DNA of 63,114 nt, filler included, from Octopus bimaculoides (Eukaryota): assembly GCF_001194135.2 (NCBI RefSeq). It is 5 parts of 5 records of this genome, joined end to end, with 100 filler letters (N's around TTAATTAATTAA, not from the genome) between each part and the next. Parts side by side here need not be neighbours in the genome. Positions count along the whole stretch, not along the records: positions 54,235 to 63,114 come from NC_068986.1; 4 more parts are not named here. One strand, written 5' to 3'. Position 1 is the first letter of the stretch. The number at the start of each line of letters is the position of its first letter. The position numbers and the translations under genes were made by a program. This document shows, piece by piece, positions 62,860 to 63,114 of this stretch. The notes under the pieces were generated by a model that saw nothing but the letters and a program-made list of their open reading frames with translations, searched no databases and had not been told where the DNA came from.

Positions 62860-63106
62860 GTACTTTTGTCTTAATAACGGTCAATCACACAGTAATTTCC
62901 CTTTGTTTAACGGTCATTTTCATAGCATTTTTTCGATGGCCAGATAACTGAAGAAATAGCGGCGTGGGTTTCCGCCCCGACATCCGAAACTCGGAGTTTT
63001 ATCATGACTACCGAATAATTGTCACATATTATTTACAGATAAATTCCTCTATTTACATAATATCGAGGACTCTTTCCTTTTTTTGTTGTCTTACCTTTTC
63101 TATCAA
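62860..63106 (+). mobile_element. Probable Penelope-like terminal-repeat (pLTR) segment ending at (TA)n
   Basis: Contains a type-I hammerhead motif and runs into (TA)n at the window end; left boundary uncertain. Confidence 0.5.
62943..63003 (+). ncRNA. Type-I hammerhead ribozyme motif (possibly inactive variant)
   Basis: Stem I GATAA/TTATC, core CUGAAGA (62948-54), GAAA (62986-89), stem III CT-CGG-AG, GUU triplet (62996-98). Base of stem II is A.C rather than G-C. Confidence 0.55.
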
Positions 63107-63114
63107 TATATATA

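Noticed and set aside
281-63114. Most ORFs in the six-frame track (CVCV, THTH, YIYI, SLSL, MYVC and X runs)
   Set aside because: They are translations of microsatellites, N gaps or SINEs, with no domain signatures or splice context.

Overview
Eukaryotic, AT-rich, microsatellite-saturated draft scaffold with many N gaps. The repeat content (tRNA/CORE-type SINEs with internal SSRs, RTE-derived elements, Penelope-like fragments) best fits a coleoid cephalopod, probably Octopus; this is inference, as no search was run. Most ORFs in the supplied track are translations of microsatellites or gaps. One host gene is supported. It has four minus-strand phase-1 exons (50085-49534, 48129-47689, 45810-45223, 43510-42939) encoding a canonical vWA domain, a Thr/Ser/Pro-rich linker, an acidic-then-polybasic linker and a degenerate C-terminal vWA. 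Its 5' exon was not found. The rest is mobile DNA: several SINE families, a Tc1 and a hAT fossil, MITEs and LINE fragments. Best leads: (1) two copies of an R4/Dong-like restriction-endonuclease retrotransposon joined to (ACAT)n in the same register, suggesting microsatellite-specific targeting; (2) a type-I hammerhead ribozyme motif in a Penelope-like terminal repeat at 62943-63003; (3) a 124-bp loopless palindrome; (4) an unexplained linker-free three-way-junction fold at 61621-61679. Four N44-TTAATTAATTAA-N44 spacers are artificial scaffold joins, so contiguity across them is unproven. All alignments and folds were done by eye, and repeat boundaries are approximate unless a TSD or TIR is quoted.
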